A stretch of 64,000 nt of DNA from a virus. Shown here in pieces: positions 29,211 through 37,071 of this stretch (position 1 is its first letter; the number at the start of each line of letters is the position of its first letter). The stretch spans positions 53,889 through 117,888 of IMG/VR virus record IMGVR_UViG_3300014202_000879. The stretch is one strand, 5' to 3'. The translations under genes were made by a program, and so were the position numbers. The notes beneath the pieces are model-generated. The model was not told where the DNA came from, did no database searches, and saw only the letters and a program-made list of their open reading frames with translations.

Positions 29211-29950
29211 TGACCAAGATCCTTTTGTGGTGTGTCTGTATGTTGCTGAGTTTGACTGCGCAAGCACAAAGACTCTCAGTGCATACGTACATACCCAAAC
29301 AAGGTATTGTGATCATTCCCCAGGTGTTACAAGCCACTGACTTGTACATGCCTGAGTTCCAGACACAGGAGTACTTCGGTGCTTTGATGGAACACGAGAG
29401 TTGCATAACGCTGACCCACAAGAGGTGCTTAAATCCCACCTCCAAGCTCTCTACAGCCAGGGAGCTGGGTATAGGGTACGGTCAGATAACGAAAGCCTTT
29501 AAAGCTGATGGAACGATACGGTTTGATACGCTGGCCAACCTCAGGCGTGCTTATCCCAAGGAGCTGAAAGACCTTACTTGGGAGACCATCGAGTCCAGAG
29601 GTGATTTGCAGATTGTGGCTATCGTCTTGCTGTTTCGTGATGCATGCAAACGCATGACCATGATCGAGGACGATTTCCACAGGCTGGCTATGTGTGACGC
29701 TATGTACAACGGTGGCCCTGCTGATTTGGCACGGGAGAGGCGGATTTGTGGTTTGACCAAAGGCTGTGATCCTCAGCTCTGGTTCGATCACGTAGAACGC
29801 TACTGCCAAAAGAGCAAGAAGATTTTGTATGGCAACAGGAATGCCTGCGACATCAACCGCCACCACGTCAGAGACGTCTTGTATACCAGGATGCCCAAGT
29901 ACGAGAAAGCTTACGCGCCTTACAAGAAGGATTTAAAGAAACCACAGTAA
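29210..29950 (+). CDS. Lytic transglycosylase (SLT-like endolysin) with N-terminal signal sequence
   Basis: GTG 29210; MTKILLWCVCMLLSLTAQA signal; catalytic HES, GYGQI and AMYNGG SLT motifs. Confidence 0.75.
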   Translation: MTKILLWCVCMLLSLTAQAQRLSVHTYIPKQGIVIIPQVLQATDLYMPEFQTQEYFGALMEHESCITLTHKRCLNPTSKLSTARELGIGYGQITKAFKADGTIRFDTLANLRRAYPKELKDLTWETIESRGDLQIVAIVLLFRDACKRMTMIEDDFHRLAMCDAMYNGGPADLARERRICGLTKGCDPQLWFDHVERYCQKSKKILYGNRNACDINRHHVRDVLYTRMPKYEKAYAPYKKDLKKPQ

Positions 29951-29953
29951 ATT

Positions 29954-29992
29954 ACCAGCCACACGTACCTGCTATGGGTACGTGTGGCTGGT
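29954..29992. terminator. Perfect 16-bp stem-loop ending the late operon
   Basis: ACCAGCCACACGTACC / GGTACGTGTGGCTGGT; no clear U-tract. Confidence 0.6.
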
Positions 29993-30014
29993 GTCCCTAT
30001 GGTTATTTCACTCA

Positions 30015-30031
30015 CATATACTTGAATTGAC
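30015..30031 (+). promoter_or_regulatory. Putative early (virion RNAP) promoter motif, copy 1
   Basis: CATATACTTGAATTGAC; one of seven intergenic copies upstream of non-structural genes. Confidence 0.65.
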
Positions 30032-30075
30032 TGACCATCGAAGTGACGGTTAGCAACCAACCAGGAGAACCCTCA

Positions 30076-32028
30076 ATGAACACCCAACCCGAACAATCCG
30101 TCGAAATCAGTGACAACGAAATGCAAGCTATCAAGCTTGGTCAGCCTGTCATCCGTCTGAAGACAGACGATCCTCTTATCGCCATCGTGAGCGGCGACAA
30201 CACTGCGATGCGTGCTGACGCCATCTACCAGCTGGTTCAGAAATCCTACGCTGAAAAGCAAGACCACACCTGGGTGGGTCAGCGTGGCAATGTGGTTCAC
30301 AGCGAAGATCTGACGATGTTGGAGGTGCTGCGTTGCTGCTCCATCGCTGCCGCCCACATGTTTCAGTTCCAGACCAATGAGGCGATCGAAGGCCACGTTC
30401 CGGTGTACACCGTGGACCATGTCATCGACATGCCTGCCATGACCAACATGGAAGTCAACGCCCACGAGATGGCCATCTTGGTTTGCTACCTCCTGGAATC
30501 CTTGCTCAAAGGCAAGAAAGAAGCCAAGAACTTCGAGCAGGACTTTCAGCTGACGAAGACCAGCGAAGACAAGGCTGCAGAAGCCCAAACCAACCATGGG
30601 TTTGTTGTTGGAAGCACCCGCTCGAATTCCTGCTACATCAGCCCGAATTCACTCTGGGCTGTCTACTTGCCAGACGACGTTGCCTTCAGTATTGGCGAAA
30701 CTGTCGGTCTCAGAGACAGTGACCAGACGGTGGTGGTTGAAGAGTTTGCTATCGACCAGGCCAACGACGATGTCATTGTTCAGACATCGGGCGGCGAGTT
30801 CTCGATCAGGAAACTGCTGAAAATCGGTGTTCCGGACACCGGCGATACAGGTACAACAGAAGAGCCTGAGGAGCCCGAAGATATCATCGGCGCAACAAGC
30901 ATCATCCTGCGAGACTGCGGTCACGACATGACCAAGTTTTTTCAGATCGCAAAAAGCGTTTGCGCTTTCAGCCTCCAGCACAAAACCAGACTGTCGGACA
31001 GCTCGGACAACATCATTGTTGGTGGGTTCAGTTGCCAGAATCACATTTTCGATCTGGCCAGTAACCTTGATGCTGCGGTTGACTTCCTGCTGTATAAACC
31101 ACAGCAGGAATCCACTGTTGAAGCGCTGAGTGCGGTTATCCGTACAGGGTATCACTACTACGGCACCCTTTCTACACCAGACGGCGTCTACATCGTCATC
31201 TACGAACCAGGTCTTGCTCTGCTGGTCGACAGCTTTGTCTACGGTGTTGAATCGTCGAACTACACCGCTGAAGATGTTCCGGAGATCGTGTTCAACAAAG
31301 AGTTTGATCATGAGATCTTGAGGAAGATCGTGCTGGAGCCTATGAAACCTGAATTTACATCCATGCAAGTGCCCGAGGATTTGCCTGTTGAAAAAGATGT
31401 GGTCGAGGAACCCGAGTCGACCGCTACCCGACCCATGGTTGATCCGAGGGACGTTGCCAAGGCGATGGAGCTGATTCTGTTGGACTGCGAATACGATGCG
31501 GTTAAGTTCCTCGATGTCGTGAAAGGTGTCTCGCTCATACAGTACGAAGGTATGGTCTTTATCGATCATTCCGCCGCATGTGTTATTCCTGGTGGCTATG
31601 CGTGCAATGATTTCTTTCTCCAGCATGAGACGAATGCCGACGCCATGGTGGATTTTGTGCTCTACAAATTGCAACATGCACTACACCGGATTGGCTTGGA
31701 GATGCTTCTAAGGACATCAGGGGATAGCTACTACGGTATCCTCGATACACCCGATGGTCCGTATGCTGTCATCTATGAGCAAGGCTTTGCGATTCTGAAA
31801 GTTATGATCCAGATCAGTGGGGTCCAGGGCCCTGATGTCGATCGAACGTTTCAGTTCAACAAAGAGTTTGATCGCAAGTTGGTCAAGAAGCTGGTCATTG
31901 AAAGCAAAGGAAAGCCACAAAGCGTGGGCGACACCAGTCAACCGGTGCCACTTGTGCAGCTGGTAGAAAAAGACGAGCCGACTGGCCCACAGTGTTCCGG
32001 ATGTCCTGAAAACACATCTGGCGCGTAA
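30076..32028 (+). CDS. Hypothetical early protein with a tandemly duplicated ~150-aa domain
   Basis: ATG 30076 after AGGAG; DC..D..KF, GGxxC, DAxVDFxLYK, YYGxLxTPDG and FNKEFD each occur twice. Confidence 0.7.
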   Translation: MNTQPEQSVEISDNEMQAIKLGQPVIRLKTDDPLIAIVSGDNTAMRADAIYQLVQKSYAEKQDHTWVGQRGNVVHSEDLTMLEVLRCCSIAAAHMFQFQTNEAIEGHVPVYTVDHVIDMPAMTNMEVNAHEMAILVCYLLESLLKGKKEAKNFEQDFQLTKTSEDKAAEAQTNHGFVVGSTRSNSCYISPNSLWAVYLPDDVAFSIGETVGLRDSDQTVVVEEFAIDQANDDVIVQTSGGEFSIRKLLKIGVPDTGDTGTTEEPEEPEDIIGATSIILRDCGHDMTKFFQIAKSVCAFSLQHKTRLSDSSDNIIVGGFSCQNHIFDLASNLDAAVDFLLYKPQQESTVEALSAVIRTGYHYYGTLSTPDGVYIVIYEPGLALLVDSFVYGVESSNYTAEDVPEIVFNKEFDHEILRKIVLEPMKPEFTSMQVPEDLPVEKDVVEEPESTATRPMVDPRDVAKAMELILLDCEYDAVKFLDVVKGVSLIQYEGMVFIDHSAACVIPGGYACNDFFLQHETNADAMVDFVLYKLQHALHRIGLEMLLRTSGDSYYGILDTPDGPYAVIYEQGFAILKVMIQISGVQGPDVDRTFQFNKEFDRKLVKKLVIESKGKPQSVGDTSQPVPLVQLVEKDEPTGPQCSGCPENTSGA

Positions 32029-32051
32029 GCCAGTTACAAAGTGAACCAACC

Positions 32052-32077
32052 ACCAGGGTGGTCTATACCACCCTGGT
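32052..32077. other. Intergenic perfect 11-bp stem-loop
   Basis: ACCAGGGTGGT-CTAT-ACCACCCTGGT. Confidence 0.6.
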
Positions 32078-32100
32078 TTACAACCCTTTAGGATACAAAC

Positions 32101-32922
32101 ATGAGCAAGTTTTTTAAGTCTGAGAGTTTTTATCTGCCATTTGGTTTAGAGGACCTGGTGTCTGATGAAAACACAGTGACTTCGTACAGCAAAGACTCGG
32201 AGTCATCCAGCTCCTGCACCGTTATCGACCAGGTTGCTAGCCAGTTCCACTACAGGTTTGAAGCTGAGTTTTTGCTCTATGAAGGTATCCAAGTGCATGA
32301 TGCGACCGGGGACTATCTCGTCAACATCGTGCTCAGGAACAAAATCCAGACCATGGAACGGCAGCTGGTTGTGGCTTCTAACCGGATGGCCAATCTCAAT
32401 CCCTTCTACCGGCATCCGTTGGCTCTGGAGGAAATCTTCTTCGCGCCTCAGGGTTGCGGTTTCCTTCTCAGTGACGGTTTGGTTATTGTCCCCGATCAAG
32501 AAGGTAGTGAGAAATACCCTGTCTACAAGTCGATTCTGTTGGAAGATTCATCCGGTGTCATGGGGTACCATTTCAACTACTCTGATCTGTTCGACAAAGA
32601 CTCGATGCGGCTGATGTCACATCCTCCTGTGATGAATGCAGGTCATATGAACCATCCCATGGATTTCTTTGTTCAGTGGGACAAGAAAACAGACACGTAC
32701 ATCTGCCAGATGCAGACTTTCCATGGCGTCGCAGCTATTGTCGCGTTCTTAACGAAAGCTATCGCGTATGTTGTATCCATCCACAAAGGTGAGACACTCC
32801 CTTACATGAATGAGATCTCTATCTGCCTGAATTACCTCGGTGCAGCTGAAGCAGTCGAGAGACTCAACCGAATCATTCACTCCATCATCATCAAGTCAGA
32901 TGGTGACTCCAAAATCCATTAA
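32101..32922 (+). CDS. Hypothetical protein
   Basis: 273-aa ORF after AGGA. Confidence 0.65.
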   Translation: MSKFFKSESFYLPFGLEDLVSDENTVTSYSKDSESSSSCTVIDQVASQFHYRFEAEFLLYEGIQVHDATGDYLVNIVLRNKIQTMERQLVVASNRMANLNPFYRHPLALEEIFFAPQGCGFLLSDGLVIVPDQEGSEKYPVYKSILLEDSSGVMGYHFNYSDLFDKDSMRLMSHPPVMNAGHMNHPMDFFVQWDKKTDTYICQMQTFHGVAAIVAFLTKAIAYVVSIHKGETLPYMNEISICLNYLGAAEAVERLNRIIHSIIIKSDGDSKIH

Positions 32923-32936
32923 CCAAAAGGAACCCC

Positions 32937-34049
32937 ATGGCACATAAAATGCAACCCTATTACGACTTGATTCGTAACATCTTGGCCAACGGCCAAGACC
33001 ATCCCGATCGCACAGGCGTGGGCCGTCGCACTGTGGCTGTACCCAACCAGCTGCGCTTTGACATGCGCCCGATTGCAAACAAAGATGGCAGCACCACACA
33101 CCCTTTGTGTTTGGACCCTGGGCGACTCTTCCCGTTCAAGTCGGCCATCTTGGAAATTCTCTGGATGCTCACAGGCAGCAACAACGTGGAAGATCTGCGT
33201 GACATGGGCGCCAAGGGCTTCTGGGAGAAATGGGCGTTTCTTCCATCGAACGAGCAACTTGATTGGTTCGTTGAAAACTCACAGCCTGGTGAAGAGCTGA
33301 TCAACCGCATCGGCACCATCGGTCCCATGTACGGCCGGGTGTGGCGAGGACTAACAGCCCACTCCCGTACCGACCAATTGGTCACCCTGATCGACGAGAT
33401 CATGACCAACCCGTTCAGCTCACGCCTGCGTATGGTCAGCTGGATACCCGATCTGATCCCAACAGCAGATCTGAAACCATGGCAAAATGTGGCCTCCGGA
33501 AAAGCTGCGCTGGCTCCTTGTCATGGCGACGTCATGGTCATCATGCTGCCTCCCGAGCAAGAGTTGGGTAAGAACCGCATGGTGCTTCGAATGGCACAAC
33601 GGTCTGCTGACGTGATGGTGGGGCTGCCGCACAACATCGCCCAGTATTCGTTCCTGATCCATTTCCTCGCAGAGATGACAAACAGCGTGGCTCATGAACT
33701 GGTGGTGGTCCTGGATGACGCGCACATCTACCTGAACCACATGGGTGATGCGGCTGCTCAACTGCGTTACTTCAACGACGAATTTGAAGATTCTGTCATG
33801 TCATGTGGGCTGGTGTGTAAAAAGGACACCAACCTGATTCCGATCGGTTTCGATTTACAAGGCCTTCCATTATGGCTTACTTCTGATTTTTCTCTGGACA
33901 CACAGGCGGTGCTCGACCGTGTGGCGCTTCCGCACGTCATCAAGAACGTGAGCTCCATGCTCACCAATGAAGATGGGCCATCTGACTACACCATAACCCA
34001 TTATGACACAGTCAGGGCTTTGAAATTGACGTACCCTGTGGCTGTCTAA
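32937..34049 (+). CDS. thyA: Thymidylate synthase
   Basis: DRTGVG, EILWML, GPMYG, ALAPCH (catalytic Cys), QRSAD...GLPHN, DAHIYLNH and C-terminal PVAV. Confidence 0.93.
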   Translation: MAHKMQPYYDLIRNILANGQDHPDRTGVGRRTVAVPNQLRFDMRPIANKDGSTTHPLCLDPGRLFPFKSAILEILWMLTGSNNVEDLRDMGAKGFWEKWAFLPSNEQLDWFVENSQPGEELINRIGTIGPMYGRVWRGLTAHSRTDQLVTLIDEIMTNPFSSRLRMVSWIPDLIPTADLKPWQNVASGKAALAPCHGDVMVIMLPPEQELGKNRMVLRMAQRSADVMVGLPHNIAQYSFLIHFLAEMTNSVAHELVVVLDDAHIYLNHMGDAAAQLRYFNDEFEDSVMSCGLVCKKDTNLIPIGFDLQGLPLWLTSDFSLDTQAVLDRVALPHVIKNVSSMLTNEDGPSDYTITHYDTVRALKLTYPVAV

Positions 34050-34067
34050 ACCGCGTTCTGTAACACC

Positions 34068-34114
34068 AGGTGCACCATAGCTTATAACTATGGTGCACCT
34101 ATGTTTCTTTTTTT
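34068..34114 (+). terminator. Intrinsic terminator
   Basis: AGGTGCACCATAG / CTATGGTGCACCT followed by a T-rich tract. Confidence 0.75.
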
Positions 34115-34129
34115 ATGAGGATTTAGCAA

Positions 34130-34900
34130 ATGACCACTGCAACCAAACAACACAGAGAAGATATGGATCGTTACCTCTCTACAGTTCCTAAGGCTGTCGA
34201 GAAAAATTGCGAGGTGGTGTCGGCTGACGAAATTGGCCGTATACACATGGTGCATATCTCTACAAACACCAACATCAAGGCATTTATCCCCATGATGTCT
34301 GGTCGTACCATGGACAAAGAGGATCGAAGCGTGGCCCGTGTCTGCGTGGCACCAGAGCTTTTGTCGGCCATGATGGGGTATGGAGCAGCGTTTTACGAAA
34401 GCACTGTGCCCAAACTCAAAAAAGACGATGATCCCAAGTGGAAGAACGGTTACCATATCTATGGGCTGCCCTTCGAATACGCATTGCGGCCAGACAAAAA
34501 GATACTGCCTGATGCCAACATGACCAACGAGCACTGGCTGGTGTCGTACAACAAAGACACCGCCGAGTACAAGCCTGTGGATCTGGGCATTGTGTTCTAT
34601 GGTGACATCGCAATCAAACGGGGTGCTAATTTTACCGTGGATACCGATGTAGAGCTGTTTATCCGCGTCGACCACAAAGATGGTCTGTGGTTCACACCTC
34701 ACCAGCACCTGGCCAAAGGTTTCTGGTATTACAGGGGTTACGATGCCGGTAGCATCAGAAACTACAACGGCACCAAAACTGTCAAAGCGGTGCCTATCGA
34801 AGAATCCGAGTTCATGAAAAAGAAACGTGTGGTGGCAGCCACGTTGTCGGATTCAGAGCGCCTTTTTGCTACGCCCAGTATCCTGAGCAACTGGCGCTAA
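34130..34900 (+). CDS. Conserved jumbo-phage protein, possible ADP-ribosyltransferase-like fold
   Basis: 256 aa; HIST...EDRSVARVCVA...LPDANMTNEHW pattern; fold is inference only. Confidence 0.55.
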   Translation: MTTATKQHREDMDRYLSTVPKAVEKNCEVVSADEIGRIHMVHISTNTNIKAFIPMMSGRTMDKEDRSVARVCVAPELLSAMMGYGAAFYESTVPKLKKDDDPKWKNGYHIYGLPFEYALRPDKKILPDANMTNEHWLVSYNKDTAEYKPVDLGIVFYGDIAIKRGANFTVDTDVELFIRVDHKDGLWFTPHQHLAKGFWYYRGYDAGSIRNYNGTKTVKAVPIEESEFMKKKRVVAATLSDSERLFATPSILSNWR

Positions 34901-34935
34901 GAGTTCCTTTTACCATTGCAACCTAGGAGATCATA

Positions 34936-35418
34936 ATGACGAAATTTGTAGCAGGATTTTTGTTCAGCCCAGACTACAGCCAAGTGGTGCTGATACGCAA
35001 AAATCACGGTCCCAACGACATGGCCGGCCATCTAAACGGTATGGGTGGCGAGATAGAGGAAAGAGACAATGGGCGCCCTGAGGTAGCCATGTCACGGGAG
35101 TTCCTTGAAGAAACCGGTGTCTACATAGACCCTGAGTTGTGGAACTGTTTTCACGAACAGCAGTTTGGTGAACACCACGTGACGTTCTTTAAGGCGTACT
35201 CGGGTTTATTCGACAAAGTGGCATCGATGACAGACGAGGTTGTCGGTATATACAAAACACGCAGTGTGGTCCTTGAGCCTACTCTGAAATGCTACCACGA
35301 TGTCCCTGCTTTGGTAAAGCTTGCGGTTAACTCGCAGCCACTCTACCGTTACCCTGTTCTTACACCGGTTATGGCTTATCTCGATATTGACTTTAAGCTG
35401 AAAAACCTAATACGTTAG
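34936..35418 (+). CDS. Nudix hydrolase
   Basis: Nudix-box-like GGEIE...AMSREFLEETGV; VVLIRK strand upstream. Confidence 0.85.
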   Translation: MTKFVAGFLFSPDYSQVVLIRKNHGPNDMAGHLNGMGGEIEERDNGRPEVAMSREFLEETGVYIDPELWNCFHEQQFGEHHVTFFKAYSGLFDKVASMTDEVVGIYKTRSVVLEPTLKCYHDVPALVKLAVNSQPLYRYPVLTPVMAYLDIDFKLKNLIR

Positions 35419-35464
35419 AATCAAAGCAGATATTCATTAGTCTGTCTCTAACGATAATCGATCA

Positions 35465-35481
35465 TATATACCTTAACTGAC
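35465..35481 (+). promoter_or_regulatory. Putative early promoter motif, copy 2
   Basis: TATATACCTTAACTGAC; CTTAACTGAC pairs perfectly with GTCAGTTAAG at 35498-35507. Confidence 0.7.
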
Positions 35482-35605
35482 ACTCTGGCTGATAGTAGTC
35501 AGTTAAGTCGACCTCAAACCTGCCCTGACGCCTGGTCAACAAAAAGGGATTATTGAGTAGCGTTTAAATTGCCAATCGGTAGTACGTTATTCACAGGAGA
35601 TTAAC

Positions 35606-35932
35606 ATGCGATACGCTCAACAACAATTGACAAGGGAATATATCCAATCGATAAAAGAGGAGGCAGGCCGCATCGAGGACAACTGTATTGATTCCCGAGA
35701 AAGGGATGAGTGCAGCGTCTACGGATGTGGAGGATGCTCCTTTAGAGGAGGAGAGGGGGTATTCTATGCCTACCTTGACAGAGTGGGCAAAGTGCTGACC
35801 AAGGCAGAAGGGCATGAGTCAGCCCTTTATTTTAATAGGGACGGTGTTTTCACTGCCGACCCTTATTACAACGAGGATGTCTACCGTATAACTGCGGACG
35901 ACAAAGGCAATTTAAGCTACAGAAAAGTATGA
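35606..35932 (+). CDS. Small hypothetical early protein (Cys-containing)
   Basis: 108 aa after AGGAG, with its own promoter motif and terminator. Confidence 0.7.
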   Translation: MRYAQQQLTREYIQSIKEEAGRIEDNCIDSRERDECSVYGCGGCSFRGGEGVFYAYLDRVGKVLTKAEGHESALYFNRDGVFTADPYYNEDVYRITADDKGNLSYRKV

Positions 35933-35934
35933 CT

Positions 35935-35974
35935 AAAACCACACTTGCCTTAAACAGCAAGTGTGGTTTTTTTT
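35935..35974 (+). terminator. Intrinsic terminator
   Basis: AAAACCACACTTGC / GCAAGTGTGGTTTT followed by a T-run. Confidence 0.85.
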
Positions 35975-36031
35975 TCTAACTTGTGGCAACTGGCTTATCT
36001 TCAGTAACCTGCGCGTAAACAATTTCAATCA

Positions 36032-36147
36032 CATATACTTCAACTGACACTCTAGCTAAAGTAGCTGGTTGTGTCGGTTGCAGATCGCAACAAAGGGTTA
36101 GTCTACACCCTGCACAAAAGGACAAGGAGTTAGATATGAAAGTTTTG
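36032..36147 (+). repeat. Promoter-leader-RBS-start cassette, copy A (contains promoter motif copy 3, 36032-36048)
   Basis: Near-identical to 36959-37071 over the first ~65 nt (CATATAC..AACTGACACTCT.GCTAA..GT.GCTGGTTGTGTCGGTTGCAGATCGCAACA.AGG), with looser similarity through GGAG and ATGAA. Confidence 0.85.
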
Positions 36148-36471
36148 AACGCGTTCTCGCTGAACATGCTGGCCACGTTTCCTTGCTCGGTGCTCGTCTC
36201 TGAAATCAACGTCGGGGCAGCGAAGGCTTTTCTTGAGGCCCGTGGTGTGGACTCCTACGTCGGCCACAGCAGCACGGCGTCTGTCTTCACCGAGCAGCTC
36301 GGAATTGAGATCCCATGCATTCGTGGCACCGCCACCATCTATGTTGGCGAAGTGGCGTTGGTTGGGCAGTACAGCGGTCCTCGGTTGGACGAGGGCGCCA
36401 CCGTCCTGCCAGAGGGTGCCACCATCAAATGGTTCCTGGTCTCGCCGCGTGGATTGGCGGTCGGTTTTTAA
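36136..36471 (+). CDS. acrIII-1: DUF1874 (STIV B116-like) protein; AcrIII-1-family cyclic tetra-adenylate ring nuclease / anti-CRISPR
   Basis: LNAFSLNML N-terminus, SYVGH(44)xxTA, R63 and GQYxGPR(83)LDE(86)G match DUF1874 motifs and the recalled H47/R66/R85/E88 pattern of SIRV1 gp29; 111 aa after AAGGAG. Confidence 0.85.
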   Translation: MKVLNAFSLNMLATFPCSVLVSEINVGAAKAFLEARGVDSYVGHSSTASVFTEQLGIEIPCIRGTATIYVGEVALVGQYSGPRLDEGATVLPEGATIKWFLVSPRGLAVGF

Positions 36472-36925
36472 CCGACGACTTACGTCTACATGGGCAGCAA
36501 ACCCCGTGTAGACAGGGGCGACCCCATGCGTCGCCGTTTTGCAGGTACACGCTAAACCTGTAGTCGGCAATATAGCCGCAAAGCCTCGCCATCTGGTTAC
36601 GATGGTGCTGGTTAATTCACCCAAATGGCACACCATCATGAACACCTTTAAGATCGGTATTTCGTTAATAGCGCTGGGGCTGATTCTCAAATCAGCGGTG
36701 CTGGTAAGGAATCTCCTCGTGGAGGAAGCAGACACCAGCAAAACCCAAGACCAAAATCTCGTGGGCGCCACCTCAGGTGGCGGTGAAAAAAGCGCTGACG
36801 TGACAACAATTCACTTCGGAAAATAAGGAGGGGTGGCTATCGGGATAGCGACGCAGAACGCGTTTATACCAATAGCTACTTCCATCCGGCCCCGAGATCC
36901 ACTGCGTAAGTGTGGTTTTTTTTTC
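36472..36925 (+). ncRNA. Candidate structured non-coding RNA downstream of acrIII-1
   Basis: About ten closely packed hairpins read by eye, several with G-U pairs on the + strand, ending at a terminator. The overlapping 62-codon ORF (36638-36826) has no obvious RBS. Confidence 0.45.
36899..36924 (+). terminator. Intrinsic terminator
   Basis: CCAC...GTGG hairpin followed by nine T. Confidence 0.65.
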
Positions 36926-36958
36926 GTATAATGAGGGGTTTGTAAGAGTTCTGGACTA

Positions 36959-37071
36959 CATATACCTTAACTGACACTCTGGCTAATAGTGGCTGGTTGT
37001 GTCGGTTGCAGATCGCAACAGAGGTCGTCTGTACCTTGCATAAAGACATGGAGATTTACATGAAGCTCTTG
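36959..37071 (+). repeat. Promoter-leader-RBS-start cassette, copy B (contains promoter motif copy 4, 36959-36975)
   Basis: Direct repeat of 36032-36147. Confidence 0.85.

Noticed and set aside
32937-34049. Thymidylate synthase homologue as a base-modifying dCMP hydroxymethylase
   Set aside because: The dUMP-specifying Asn (GLPHN) is retained and no modification genes are nearby.
36676-36687. GGGGCTGATTCT matches the 5' end of enterobacterial tmRNA
   Set aside because: The match stops after 12 nt and GCTGATT pairs locally with AATCAGC. No T-arm, acceptor stem with CCA, or tag reading frame was found.
36539-36826. 95-aa (or 62-aa from ATG 36638) ORF downstream of acrIII-1
   Set aside because: No SD sequence, the start is adjacent to a stem, and the region is better explained by RNA structure. 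Not excluded, because it has a hydrophobic N-terminus.
36850-36870. CAGAACGCGTTTAT resembles the RNase P RNA 3' conserved region
   Set aside because: No GAGGAAAGUCC-type 5' partner for helix P4 was found upstream.
35465-37071. Repeated motif as a CRISPR or mini-array
   Set aside because: Copies are hundreds to thousands of bases apart, separated by whole genes, with no regular spacers and no cas genes.
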